Assembly: GCA_050084515.1 (NCBI GenBank)
Contig: CM114271.1
Coordinates: 34,720,001-34,784,000 of the forward strand
DNA: 64,000 bases
Direction of reading: 5' to 3'
Source of the DNA: Blasia pusilla
Lineage: Eukaryota
Numbering within the stretch: position 1 is the first letter of the stretch; each line of letters opens with the position of its first letter. Below the pieces are notes generated by a model. It searched no databases, was not told where the DNA came from, and saw nothing but the letters and a program-made list of their open reading frames with translations. The position numbers and the translations under genes are program-made. Shown piece by piece: positions 39,100 to 51,395 of the stretch.

Positions 39100-40905
39100 T
39101 ATTAAGAGCCTTAGTTATTCCTCATAGCTATTGCTATAGTGGCTACTATTGACTTGAGAATTGCTTTCTTGATATTTTGTTATCTAAACTTATGATGTTT
39201 GCTACTTTTCCTAGCTCATTTTTTGGGTCACTAAGATGAGAACTCACTCTACCATGTTGACACTACTAGATTCAATAGTTTTCAAATTTGTATTAAAATC
39301 TTTGACAAAGATGATAGATTCGATCATAAATGGACGTTTCTCCCTAACCTTGCTTGAATCTTCAACATATCATCCTTTCATGCTCTTATATTGTTGAAAA
39401 GCATGGTACATAGGAGGGAGCTAATTTATCCGCAAGAAAAATTTCACATATCCATTGTAAATATAGATTTTGCTATATATTTATAATTTGATGTTGTGCA
39501 ACTATATTGCGATTCAATCCTATGTACCTTCATCTGCAGAAACTACCACTATATTGTAACCTGCACAAGCTTGCATGGAAACGGAAAAGTCCATCCATGG
39601 GACGGACATGCCCAACCTGCACCCAAGCCTGCCCAGGGTTCCACACCAGTCAACAATCTTGCGCGTTCAAGATTGTATAGGAGTGGACTTGTTTAGACAA
39701 GTTCTGACATGTAATCCCACATCTGATCCCAAATTGGCTCATTCGTTCTTGCACCATACCGTACCTTGCCTAGCCCGCGTCCCTCTCACAACCCCTACCC
39801 ACGCCCCACACATATCCCAAATGTACTGGACACGGGCCAAAAAATCAAATTTTAAAAAAAGTTAAATCATACATATTTTTTAAAATGGCCCTCCCGCATG
39901 GGCCATGTGGACTAGACACGGGCTAGGGTTGTAGGAAGAATGTGGGCCAAGGGTATAAGAGTCGGGCATGCCTGAGTGCGTGATGCGGACAGTCGGGCTT
40001 GGCGAGACATGTCCGCCCTAGGACAAACATAAGTCCATGGACATTAACTTTTTCCGCGTGCAACCCTAATTATTGGAGGAGAATTGGAGCAATTAGGAAG
40101 AGAATATGAAAATGGATCGCTCCCCTACTTCATACTAAGGTGATCAATGGTGGTGGTGGTATATTGATATGATGGTGGTTTTGGTTACAACACATCCCTT
40201 GAGTTACGATATAGTAATATGATGTGGCTCTATATAGGTACATTAGAAGGTTATACATGAGGGAAATGCCTAAAGATAATTAGATAAGTAGGTAAAAAAT
40301 TGGTTGCTCTTGCATTTCATACCAAGGTGATGAGTGGCTCTATTTTCTAGTGTGACTTTACATTGCTAGTGAAGTCCTGGCCAACATTTTCCTGCATGAG
40401 GCGTATTTTATTTGAATTATTCTTGCATATGGATAAGATCTTGCTTGCACACTTATCCACTTTGGGAGTATTCCTCTATATTGAGTGGTTTCATGACTAG
40501 TGAAGAAATACTTACGAAATATAAGAGATTGTGATGAGACTTCATGAGAGAGCGCTTGCCATTCAAGGAGATCACTCTAAGAACTTGAATCTCGATGGTG
40601 AGCGCTACACAAGAAATGTTTTTGACAAGTACTTCTTGAGTATAATACTCAAGAAGTACTTGTCAAAAAAAATATTTTGTAGACTCTTTGTTGATAGATA
40701 TGAGGTTAGACTCTTTATTGATAGATATGAGATTAGACTCTTTGTTGATAGATATGAGATTTTGGTTGGCCATTTTGTTCTTGGAGATGGCCATGCTCAA
40801 ATTAAGAGTCTCTCAGTCTTGAACTATGATGAACTTTGAAGTGGAGTGTTAAGATACTTATAAGAGCAGGGTTGACAATGCAATGTTGGTGTCATGGATC
40901 AGGCA
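39100..40905 (+). repeat. Continuation of the decayed unit copy (matches ~54360-55930), interrupted by a MITE
   Basis: CTATTGACTTGAGAA, TTATGATGTT.GCT.CTTTTCCTAGCT, GATCTTGCTTGCACACTT and TGTTGGTGTCATGGATC are shared. Confidence 0.85.
39566..40068. mobile_element. hAT MITE family copy, opposite orientation to 12534
   Basis: Ends CAAGCTTGCA...GTGCAACCCTA; the internal sequence is reverse-complementary to the 12534 copy; TSD not clear. Confidence 0.7.
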
Positions 40906-41944
40906 TGTCAAAGAACATAGAGAGTAAAAGGCCTTTGTTAGCTGGAATGTTTCCACTCTTGAAAGTTTGGAAGGATGTTAAGTTTTGATTACTATTTGGT
41001 TGTACATCTAGCTTCTTTCCCTTGAAAAGAAGCGAATTTGGGGATTTTAGAAACTTAGGGCATTGGATTCTTAAGGAAATTGGTATTGATAGAGAGGAAA
41101 ACAAATTGATCATACTATATGGATTTCTTGACAATCTAAAGATAATGTAAGTCAAAATCCTAGCAAGAAAAGAATATGGGGAATTGAGGACATATGTACA
41201 CATACTAAGTCTGAAAATGTTAGGTTGCTCTTAAATATAGGGAAGATCCATTAGAAATCTACTGGAGCAACGTGATAAAACTGAATTGAACAAATACTCA
41301 TTTGGCCAAAAGATGGATTTGACCATAATATTTAGAGTTGTGCTAAGTAAATTTTAAAATGCCTTACTGTATCAGAAAAGGGAAACCCCCTAATATCCAC
41401 TTTAGTCTGCACATGATTTGCTTATGAGAAGTTTGAACTCATAGTTAAGCCTCCAAGCTCTATCTAGCTTTCCATAGTATAATTTTAAGGTAGATCATGG
41501 ACAAAGTCCTTGTTAGTTCCACCATATCTTAACAAGGAACCTTAGGGCCCTTCACTTACCCCTTGATCAATTGTGCATAGTTAGAAACAAGTTTAACCAC
41601 GAGGTAGTGCATTTCAAAACATCCATAAACTTTTGGATTATACACCTAAGTAGAGGCTAGATTATAACTCTTCTTTGAGCCTAAAGGTTAGTAATAAAAA
41701 TCACGAGGAATTCATTATGTTCTTGGAATTTTCCCTTTCTCTCTCCCTTCAAGTTTTTGGAGAATGGTAGAGAAATTGTATCAAAACACAATGAGTTTAT
41801 TTAGTGAATGATAATCAAAATCCTTAGGGAATTTGGCATCAACATGGAGTGGCCTAGAGGTGCTTGCTTTCAACCTCCTTTTTCAAGAGTGATTTCAATT
41901 CCTTATCATTGGATATGGAGGATAATAGACTAGCCACCGGTGTG

Positions 41945-43500
41945 GATATCCTATTGTTTGCTGATGACTTTTGTGGATTAAAATGAATGGGAGAGAAAAT
42001 CCAATAGAGGATCTCCTTGATCAATATTTAGTGTGAGATGTGGGGAATGGAGGCAAATGTATTGGAGTGTCGTATGATGATATTCAATGGTAAGGAGAGA
42101 ATAAATACCAACATTAATGATATTGAGGTGAAAACAACATCCCCCGAGTTTTCATTTGCATCCATCAATGCATCTTATTCTTAGAAAACCTATAAGTGGC
42201 ATGTGTTATGTGCGAGAACGTACATTATTCCTATTCCTTGACTTAGCTCTTTTCTTTCTTAAGTTAACTCCTTAAAATGACACAGGTCAGTAGGAGAGGA
42301 GTCCTCAAAGGATAGGTGTGAAGAGCAAGAAGAGGAATTTTGTAAATTCATCCTCTCTTAATAGTATAGATTGCATGTGGGATACCCATATTAATTAAAC
42401 TATTGAGAAAGATCAAAAAAAGATGAATGGATTGTCCAGATATTACATTAGAAGTAAAGTGTTGCGTCCTTTTGCATACCATTTTTCCCTCATTGGAATA
42501 TGGCATGGTAGTGTGGGATGGCAATACCAAACAAAGGGATAGGCTTAATGTTGCATTGCTAAAAACGTTGCAAGGTATGATGTCAACTTTCTCATAAACG
42601 GAAAAAGTTTGTGTGAGATCAAAACGTGGGGTGTAATCTCTCAAGGATAAATGTGATATTTCCAAGTTGGGATGGCATAGGAAGCTAGAGGTAATAAATG
42701 CCCATTGCTATCCTAAGCAATGATGGGGAAAGTTTGGACCTAGAAAAAGTCAATAAAATATGCCAAATCTTGTACAAAAAGGTTCAAGAGATTGTGCATG
42801 TAACTAATCTCCATATAGTGCATGAATTGTGAGGGTGAGATGAGAAACCATTTATGGATACTTTTACCAAAGCCAGGGGCAAACACTCATAGTAGAATAA
42901 CATAGAGGAATTAAGGCATGAAAAATATGTAACCTCTCTCTCTTGACTTTATAACTTAAATAAGCAAAACTGAAGAACTATTCTTTGATATTTCTCGCTT
43001 GGAAATATCAAAAAATCCCCTTGAATAGTAGAACAAGAAAAAAGGAGTACAACAAGATGAAACCTCTAGTCATAACTTGGTCTCTTGCACAAAATTCATA
43101 AAGTAGAAAGGAAGAGCATATGCTAATATTGTTAAGCTATTACCATGAAATTTTTTTCAACATAATTAATAGCCTAGATTCGCTTCCTAAAGTTGTTGCA
43201 TTGGTAAGTAATGAGTATCGGGGATTGCAATCAAGTAAAGTAGATGGTGTTGTAAAAATCTTCATGGTTGAGACTTGGAAGCTCCATACACAAAATATTG
43301 TATTTTCAATACTCACAATATATAAGAGTATCCCCCTCCTCTTTTATGGTATGTTTTATACTTCTTTATGTCTTTACACCTATCCTAATCTCTAGCACCC
43401 TCCAACCATGCAATGCATGGGGACTATGGTCAAAAGGCTAGTGTAACAACATACACTATCTAATTAATATAATCTCTCTAATTTTTGCAAGGCTATAATA
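41945..43500 (+). mobile_element. Heavily decayed 3' half of the LINE family
   Basis: TGTTTGCTGATGACTTT (FADD) at 41956; colinear with 60630-61990; tail motif GCAAGGCTA (also at ~45065). Confidence 0.8.
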
Positions 43501-46500
43501 AATACTTCTCAAATCATGAATTTATTTCCTTGAATATTCGTCTTGTGTGGCATGAAAGCTTATATTCAATAGATCACACTCTTATTATTGATGTATACCC
43601 TATTATCTCTTTTGAAGGAGAATGGTGGGTATTTGCGAGCATCACTTTGAAAGAGATTAGAATTCGATCTCGATAGATCAAAGATCATCGCTTTAAGAAT
43701 ATGATAACCTACAAGTGTAGATTTCCTCTTGGTTTGGATTCATTTAGATAATATTTGAGAAACTCACGTTCTTGGCTAAATTCTTGTTTTGTGAGAGTTG
43801 ACTTTCTATCTTTAGAAAGTGACTCTTGATCACCATTATAGGTTTAGGGTTTAGGATCAAGATTCACTTTCTTTGGTAACATATACAAGTAGATCTACAA
43901 GGAAATTAAAGGACTTGGGGAGAATGAAGGTGTACCTTAAGGATATCTTAAGGTGTACTCTCATCATGAGTAATCCCAACCGCTCATCGTAAGAATGGGG
44001 TTGGTTTGATACATGTGTATTTAAGAGAGATAAGAATTTATTTATTTTGGATATTTTTTGGTAGCAACTTGCCTTGGTGTTTGGACTCTATGGTTGAATA
44101 CGTTAGTCTAACGTTTTGTGTGTTTGATTAATGACACGTAATGATATATATAAACTCACGACAATCTAAAGACATCGAGGTTAGTCATGGTTTTGGTTAT
44201 TTAATCTTAACTCTCATCTAGACTCTCATGAGTATGGATCTTGGATAACCCTTCAAGCTCAACAACTTTGGATGTGGTTAGATATTAATAGGTTGAATAT
44301 CTTATTCCCCCACATATGCAAACCCACTGGGCTGTCCAGGAGAGAGAAAAAAGAATCGCTCGAAGTCCGTCTCTCAGACAAAAGGGCATACCCGTGCCCT
44401 AACTCTCTGCCCGCCCTAAACCCTAATCAAGATTTGGGGAAAAACTTTCTTGATAGTCTAGGAATATGAAAAATACTAATGCTCCTATAGACCCAATTGC
44501 CCAATAAAACTTGAACATGTTTATAATTGGAACTTTCTATTTGAGTTGTGTTTCAAGATCTAAGATTAGGGGCCAAAACTAGATCCTATGGATTTGTTTT
44601 GGTGTAAAAATCCAAATTTCAACCTCCTAGTCCATCTCATGTCCTTGATTCAAATCCCAATGTCCTTAAGGTGGGTTTAAGGTTCCAAACCTACTTGGAG
44701 ATCCCCCCCTCTACTAGCTTGGTGGTTCTCCATCCTTTAAGGATATGGTTCCCAAGGCGAGGTTTAGGTTCCAACCTTCCTTGGGCTATCCTTGGGTTCT
44801 TACTCTTATGGAGCTTAAGCTCTTCTTAAGTCTCACCCTACATTTGATCCTTCTCTTTGATCCTTCTCTTTCTAGGTCACAATCATATTCATTTGAGGCA
44901 CCCAATAAGATATGCTTCTGACTTCTACAACTCTTACTTTACTAGTGAGACTCTAATGCATTTCCATCAAAGAGTGAGCCCACTTGAGTTTTAATGATTC
45001 ATGTTGGCGTGCATTTGGTGATGAGGTTCGCAATAACTTAGTGAGAGAAATATCTCTAAGTTTGCAAGGCTATACAAGGCAATACTAATTAATGGAGTAC
45101 TTCAAAGGTTGTGAAGCTATGATGAATACTTTATAGTGAATATGAATCCTCTTTGTAGATTAGATAGGGCATTTCAATCACTATCCATTTTAGAGAAGAG
45201 AATAGAGAATCCATCTCCATCTTAAAGTTTTTGTTTTTGTCCCAACTCTAAATTGGGAAAATGAGATAAACTATAGATAAGGATAGTAATACTTGGATAA
45301 GTTTTATAGGCATATTCTTTTCTCATTTAGAAATTTAAAGTTGGTAGGAAATTTTACTTCTCTTTCCAATTTCTTTAATATAACAAAGAATATCCATTTT
45401 TCTCAAAAAAAGGTTGAAAATTGAATTGCAAACAAATCTCAATCAATTGCTCTGACAAATAATGCTAGTCCTTGCCAAACCTTGAAAGGGGAGGATATCC
45501 CTAATTTCCTATATCATATATCCATCAAAACCATTATTGGTCTTGATGTGTTTTTTTAAAAAAATCTTTGCTCTTTGTCGGAATGAAGAAGAATTATTTC
45601 TATCTCCAAAATATCCATTGGAAAATTTTTGAAACTATATTATCATTACCCAAAACTGCTAGAAAAAAAAAATCACAATAAAATTTTCATTGAAAATTTC
45701 CCATAAGTAGTCTCCACAAAAGAGATTTTGGATGATATGAATATCTATAAATAATTTCTTAAGGAAATATCCGATAGAATTATTGGAAACAAAAGTTTAT
45801 TTTTCTTTGGAAATTATCCCTAGCTAGAAATGCATGCAATACACTTGGAAAATTCTATTTTCCCTTTCTCTTAGCATAATTTCTTCTTATGTCTATATAA
45901 TCAAGTTAATTATCTCCTTCTCCGTTTCTTCCTTTATCCATATCTTTCTCTTATTCTTTGTCTATCCATCCAAATGCTCTAATGAAACATTGTAGAATCT
46001 ACATTATTAAGAAGTAGTTTACAGAGGATATAAAATAAAACTTTGATAGTCATATATTCTTTTTCCTATTTACTAACTAAAAATTTCTTTGTGAGTTTTC
46101 TATCATTGGAGTCTCAAGTCTCCTTTTTCTCAATACAGTTTTTTCTATTATTATTTTCTCTCATATTTTATTTAATTTTTTGGAAAAAAATTTCTAGAAA
46201 TTGAAATTGATTTTTAATGTAAAATATTTGAAATAGATGATCATGAATGAAATACAACATTAAATTCAAAAAATGAGGCAAGTGAGGAAATTATTCTCTA
46301 AGGAATACCATATGAGGTGAATAATATTAATAGATTTTATGGAACTTTTGGTAGCCTAAGGTTTTGATCTTACAAATGAATTAGGCACTTATTTATATAT
46401 TTGGAAAGTCGGAGGTTACTAAATCCCCTTAGGATCAAACACAATTTATGTTAAATTAAATCTATTGATTCTTCTAATCAGGTTATTTGGTGGATTACTC

Positions 46501-46704
46501 AAAAAATGGAAACTAAGTCTTATACAACTTATCTATCATGATCCATATGGGAATGATACATATTTTATGTTTTAAATAATAATCATCTTTATTGGATACA
46601 ATAAGGGAAGTGAAGACATTTTCAACTTACTTATTCTGAATATAAAAAAATTGAAGTCCAACCATCACCTGCAAAAAAAACCAAATACCCAATAGCAATT
46701 AGCA

Positions 46705-47967
46705 ATGAAAGGAAAGGGAAGGAAGCAAGATTGGAGATTTCTAAGCAATAATAAATATTGCAATCGTATAAAATTGAAAAGATTAAGTATTTTGTTATCG
46801 ACTACGATAATATTATCGATGATTTCTATTGGATTAAGTTATCTATTTCTTGGAATGCATGCAAAGAGTATATTGCTTCTTTTGAGTGACTATTTGCGCC
46901 CATGGGGATTTGATCTCCTCTCTCATGCTTCCATGGAGAATACGGAATGTAGCAAAATATCTTCAATTGATTATTCGTTCAATGACTCAGAAACTCTTGT
47001 AACATATGCGGCAACAGATCCAGATGAGTTCAAATTTGGTATTGATTTTGGAAAGTTAATGGATGACAATCCAAACCATATGACAAGTTCATTTAGTGCC
47101 CTACTCCGAAATCCTAGATTTTCTGCATTTAAATCAAAATTTCATCAAATATTGATAAATTGGGCAAAGCAAAAGCAATATCAATCTCAAGTGATGCAAG
47201 AACTCTTAGAGATGGTGAAGAAACCCATGGATAAATATTATGAAGCATTGAACCATTCAAATATTGAACTTGGAGGACGGTACAAAACATGTGCAGTGGT
47301 GGGTAATAGTGGTATAATCATAAATTCATCTTATGGTGATTTTATCGATAGTCATGATATGGTTATTCGTCTTAATAATGCAAAGGTGTCACAATTGAGC
47401 TTCAAAAAATTTTTGGGATCCAAAACAACATTAATGTTCATGAATAGCCATATTTTACATCAATGTGCAATGCAAGTAGAATGCTTATGTCATCCTTATG
47501 GTGTACAAGTGCCTATCATGTTATATCTCTGCAACCTAGAGCATGCACTTGACGTTGCACTTTGTGGAAGTAAGCATAAGGCTCCATTATTTATCACAGA
47601 TGCTCGTTTCAACATGTTAGTTGCACGTATTAGCAGATGGTATTCCTTAAACCGATTCTTTGAGAATACAAAAGGGGCAACACTTGATCAATGGGAGAAT
47701 GTTCATAAGCATGAGTTCCATTACTCTTCAGGAATGCAAGCTGTCATGCTTTCCCTTTCTATTTGTGACAAGGTCAATATATTTGGATTTGGAAAAAATA
47801 CAAAATCAAAACACCATTTCCACACAACACAGAAATTTGAGCATTATGCTCATGATTATGAGGCTGAGTACTTATTCTATAATGATCTTCAAGCAAGACG
47901 AATTGCATGGAACCCCTTCTTATGCAGCATGGGCATTAAAATTCCACCATTAGAAGTATTCCTTTAG
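46705..47967 (+). CDS. GALT29A: GT29 sialyltransferase-like protein / beta-1,6-galactosyltransferase GALT29A-like (type II Golgi membrane protein)
   Basis: Intact 420-aa single-exon ORF with an N-terminal TM. Sialylmotif L CAVVGNSG..IDSHDMVIRLNNA, motif S YSSGMQAVMLSLSICDKVNIFGFG, motif III HHF, VS HDYEAE. Confidence 0.93.
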   Translation: MKGKGRKQDWRFLSNNKYCNRIKLKRLSILLSTTIILSMISIGLSYLFLGMHAKSILLLLSDYLRPWGFDLLSHASMENTECSKISSIDYSFNDSETLVTYAATDPDEFKFGIDFGKLMDDNPNHMTSSFSALLRNPRFSAFKSKFHQILINWAKQKQYQSQVMQELLEMVKKPMDKYYEALNHSNIELGGRYKTCAVVGNSGIIINSSYGDFIDSHDMVIRLNNAKVSQLSFKKFLGSKTTLMFMNSHILHQCAMQVECLCHPYGVQVPIMLYLCNLEHALDVALCGSKHKAPLFITDARFNMLVARISRWYSLNRFFENTKGATLDQWENVHKHEFHYSSGMQAVMLSLSICDKVNIFGFGKNTKSKHHFHTTQKFEHYAHDYEAEYLFYNDLQARRIAWNPFLCSMGIKIPPLEVFL

Positions 47968-49594
47968 TATCCTCAAACACTCACACCATCAATGTGTACA
48001 TTCCATATAGCCATATGTACAAAAGCTTATGATATTGTTTCATAGATGAGAATCAAAGAAAACCCAATGTAGTTATTATGAAGGTTTATAATCCTCACTA
48101 ATTTGATATGTCAAATAAGAGCATGCTATGTTTAAATAATAAAGTTAGAATTTCTGAAAAAATTGTAAAACTTGTCCCAAACCTTTGAATGTAACCTCAT
48201 AATGATGCAACAACATTAGCATGTACTAAGATTATCCATACATTTTGAAGTGTATGTCAATTACACTTGACCCTATTGGAACCAAAGTGGATACCATTCC
48301 ATACGGTTATACATGTATGGGAAAAACGAAGCCAAAACATGAAGGGGATATCTTTAATTTTTTATACACGCATTTAATAATTCTGTAAAATTTGAAACGA
48401 TCATCACTTGATTTATAATAATAATTTACTTATAATTAAACATGAATTTCATGTATTTTAAAACAAAATTCCAAATTTAGTTATGTGAAAATTTTGGACT
48501 AAGACTTATTTAAATTTTCCTTTAGTTTAAATTTTTCTGTTACTTTATTAAATTTTTGAACATAAGAAGTTTTTGTGCATCATACAATCATTTAACCATT
48601 CAACATGAAGAGAATTAGTGGATGCATATATTTAAATAAAAAATAAAACTTAAATCATGTATTATTTGTCTCAAATATTTCAAAATACGGATGACTCTCT
48701 ATAATTATTCATACAATGTCATATTTTTGTGTGGAATAGCATCACTATATATATGTAAGGTAATATAATTAATTTATTCAATGACATTGCATAGTATAAC
48801 ATAAGAAGAAAATCAATACATATGTGAAAATTTAGTATTTTTTCAATCTACTTCCCAAACTCTATAGATGTTTAGATGTTCATATCAAAATTCTTTAGCG
48901 AACCAAAATGAAACTATATAAATAGGTCTTGTTCCCCTTCAAATTAGACTAAGTTGATAATCATCAAATAAAACTAATAAAAAAACGCCAAAGAATTAAG
49001 ACCCTACAAAACCCTAAGAGGCATGTTCATATTTCTTTAAAAAATCATAACTTGAATTCTATCTAAGCCTACTAGTGGTTCCACTCATTGCTAATTTTTT
49101 CTTCAATTCTTTGAATTTTTTCACATCCAAGTAATAAACACCTTAAGGAAATGATATTTTCAATCTATTTTCAGTTTTGGCATTACTTGCCCATTTTTCA
49201 TCTCTCCTTTTTTTGTGCTTTTTTTCATTTTCAATTTGTGCTTAAAATAAGACCAAGTCTAAATGATATTTTATGATGAAATTGAATGATCTCATTTCCT
49301 ATTATTTTTTCCAAAATTCATTTAAAATAGATAGAAATAAATGAAAATTTCCTCATTCCTCATAGGAAATTTTCTCAATAACCTTTCTCCTTAAGTTGAT
49401 GTTCTAGATTCATGACAATGACCATATTTCTAAACGCAAGCCCAGTTCCTCTAGATGAGGTTCTCCATAAAGGCGCAAGCTCAGTTCTTCTAGATTTGCG
49501 GATGTTCTTGTACATCCATCCTGATAATGTAGGTGCGCAAGTACTTTCCAGCTGGAGCGAGCGACATGTGAGACCTCCTAGAGTTGTTATATAG

Positions 49595-49649
49595 ATCTAA
49601 GTTGGACTCAAATCTATCTATCAACTATAGATATGAGTCCAACTTAGAT
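49595..49649. repeat. Short perfect hairpin
   Basis: ATCTAAGTTGGACTCA/TGAGTCCAACTTAGAT 16-bp stem plus ATCTAT/ATAGAT. Confidence 0.8.
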
Positions 49650-51395
49650 TGGATGAAGGTGATGAGATTAGTTAAATACAAAGTAGAAAACCTGGCAACT
49701 TATATCAATCTGTTTTTTTTTTTTAATAATCTTCTTGTAGATATAGGCTAAGTGTGTTTAGATCCAAGTTTCATATATGAAAAAAATATTAGAAAAAAAA
49801 AAATCATCAAAAATATTTTTTTGGAAAATAATCCAACATTTCATGCAAGGAAAAAATAAACCATAGTGATGAGCATTATTATTTCTTTAAAGATAAATTA
49901 TTATCATGTTAGACTTTATTTTATGTCCATTTTTCTACAAGTACCTACCAAATTTTTACAAATTTTGGAAAAGCTCGGTCAAATTGCGACCGTTGGCAAA
50001 GAGGCCAAAATTGTTTCCCTCGTTCCTCTATGGTTGGGAGAGTTCTATATCCATTCATATTCCTCCCATGGTCCAAATCCTTCATGCAAGCCAAAAGTTA
50101 GTAATTGGAAACTCTTAAACCCAAAAGGACAATAAGACATATGCTATGAACTACCCCTAAAGTACCTTGCTTTCCATTGGCCAAAAGAAATGAGGCACAA
50201 ATGATGTTATGTGCTATCCAAAGAGATATCTTTCCTCCCATGTAGAATTAGAATTTGCTTAAACATGTGAAAATTAGTCAAATTTGTGACTTTTGGTTGG
50301 TAGCAATTAGTGCCCTTTTAGTATTCTTGGAGCTTTGGAGCTCCAAGTATATTAAGGGGTATGATCCTTGGCCCCCAATTGACGGGAGTCTTGGGAGGTT
50401 TAACTCTTAGCGTATGTCACAAATTGAGGTTGCTATCTCTTAATCAATCTTGTAAAGTAGTTCAAACACTTTCAACAAACCGTTCCTAAAATATTTAAGA
50501 AACCTCCAAGGTCTCCTTCTGAAATAATCGAACCCTATAACTCTTAGCCCCTTATAAATGGTTTCATAAGGGGCTATTATGAAACCATTTAATAGCCCCT
50601 TATTTTTTATTGTGAATTTGAAGGGAACCACAAGGTGGTCAAGAATCAAGTAGAATGCGATGACATGTCTTTAGAGAACATGGATAAATTCAAACCATCA
50701 CAAAATTCATGGTTATGGAAGCGAAAGCGAAATCTACAATAATAATATAGATAGTGCTTATTTTATCTTATATGACTCCTCCCAATGACACATCTAGATT
50801 TGAATATTATGTCAATGTCCACATTAGTGGATTTTATTTAATAAAATTATTAATGATATTTACATTATTATTGGCGATCCTATATGCACAACAAGAAACA
50901 ACTATAACAGGCTTGCAATTTTTTCTCTTAATTCACACTTGATATATTTCGAAATAAAATAAAATATTAATTTAAAGGAAAAATAATTTCATTAATTAAG
51001 ATTAACTAATGATTAATTAATGGATATTATGTTAGTAGGAGGAATGGAAGGGAGAATAGATATTGTTTAAACTTTTATGGAAGAGTGGAATTATTTAAAG
51101 AAGTAAGGTATTATTTAAATTTTAATTAAAAAATGAAATTACTTATAAAAATGGAATTTTATTACTATTTTAAATTTTTTAAAATAAAAAATTAATAAAA
51201 AATCATTAGAACATGTTGACTAGTGTTACATAAGATTTATATTATTATGAGAGAATGCTTTTTTATTTATAGATACCTATGTGTTGAGATAACAATTAAA
51301 TAAAAAAATCAAATATTAAATAAAAAATATTTTATATGGAAATAATTAATCCTTCCATACATTAGCTCTTAACCACTTTTTTTTTTTCACCTTAC

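Noticed and set aside
44295-44430. Telomerase RNA candidate (TCCCCCACAT + CCCTAAACCCTAA)
   Set aside because: The USE is imperfect and there is no TATA at Pol III spacing. Short telomere-like runs also occur at ~32356 and ~43841 in repeat context.
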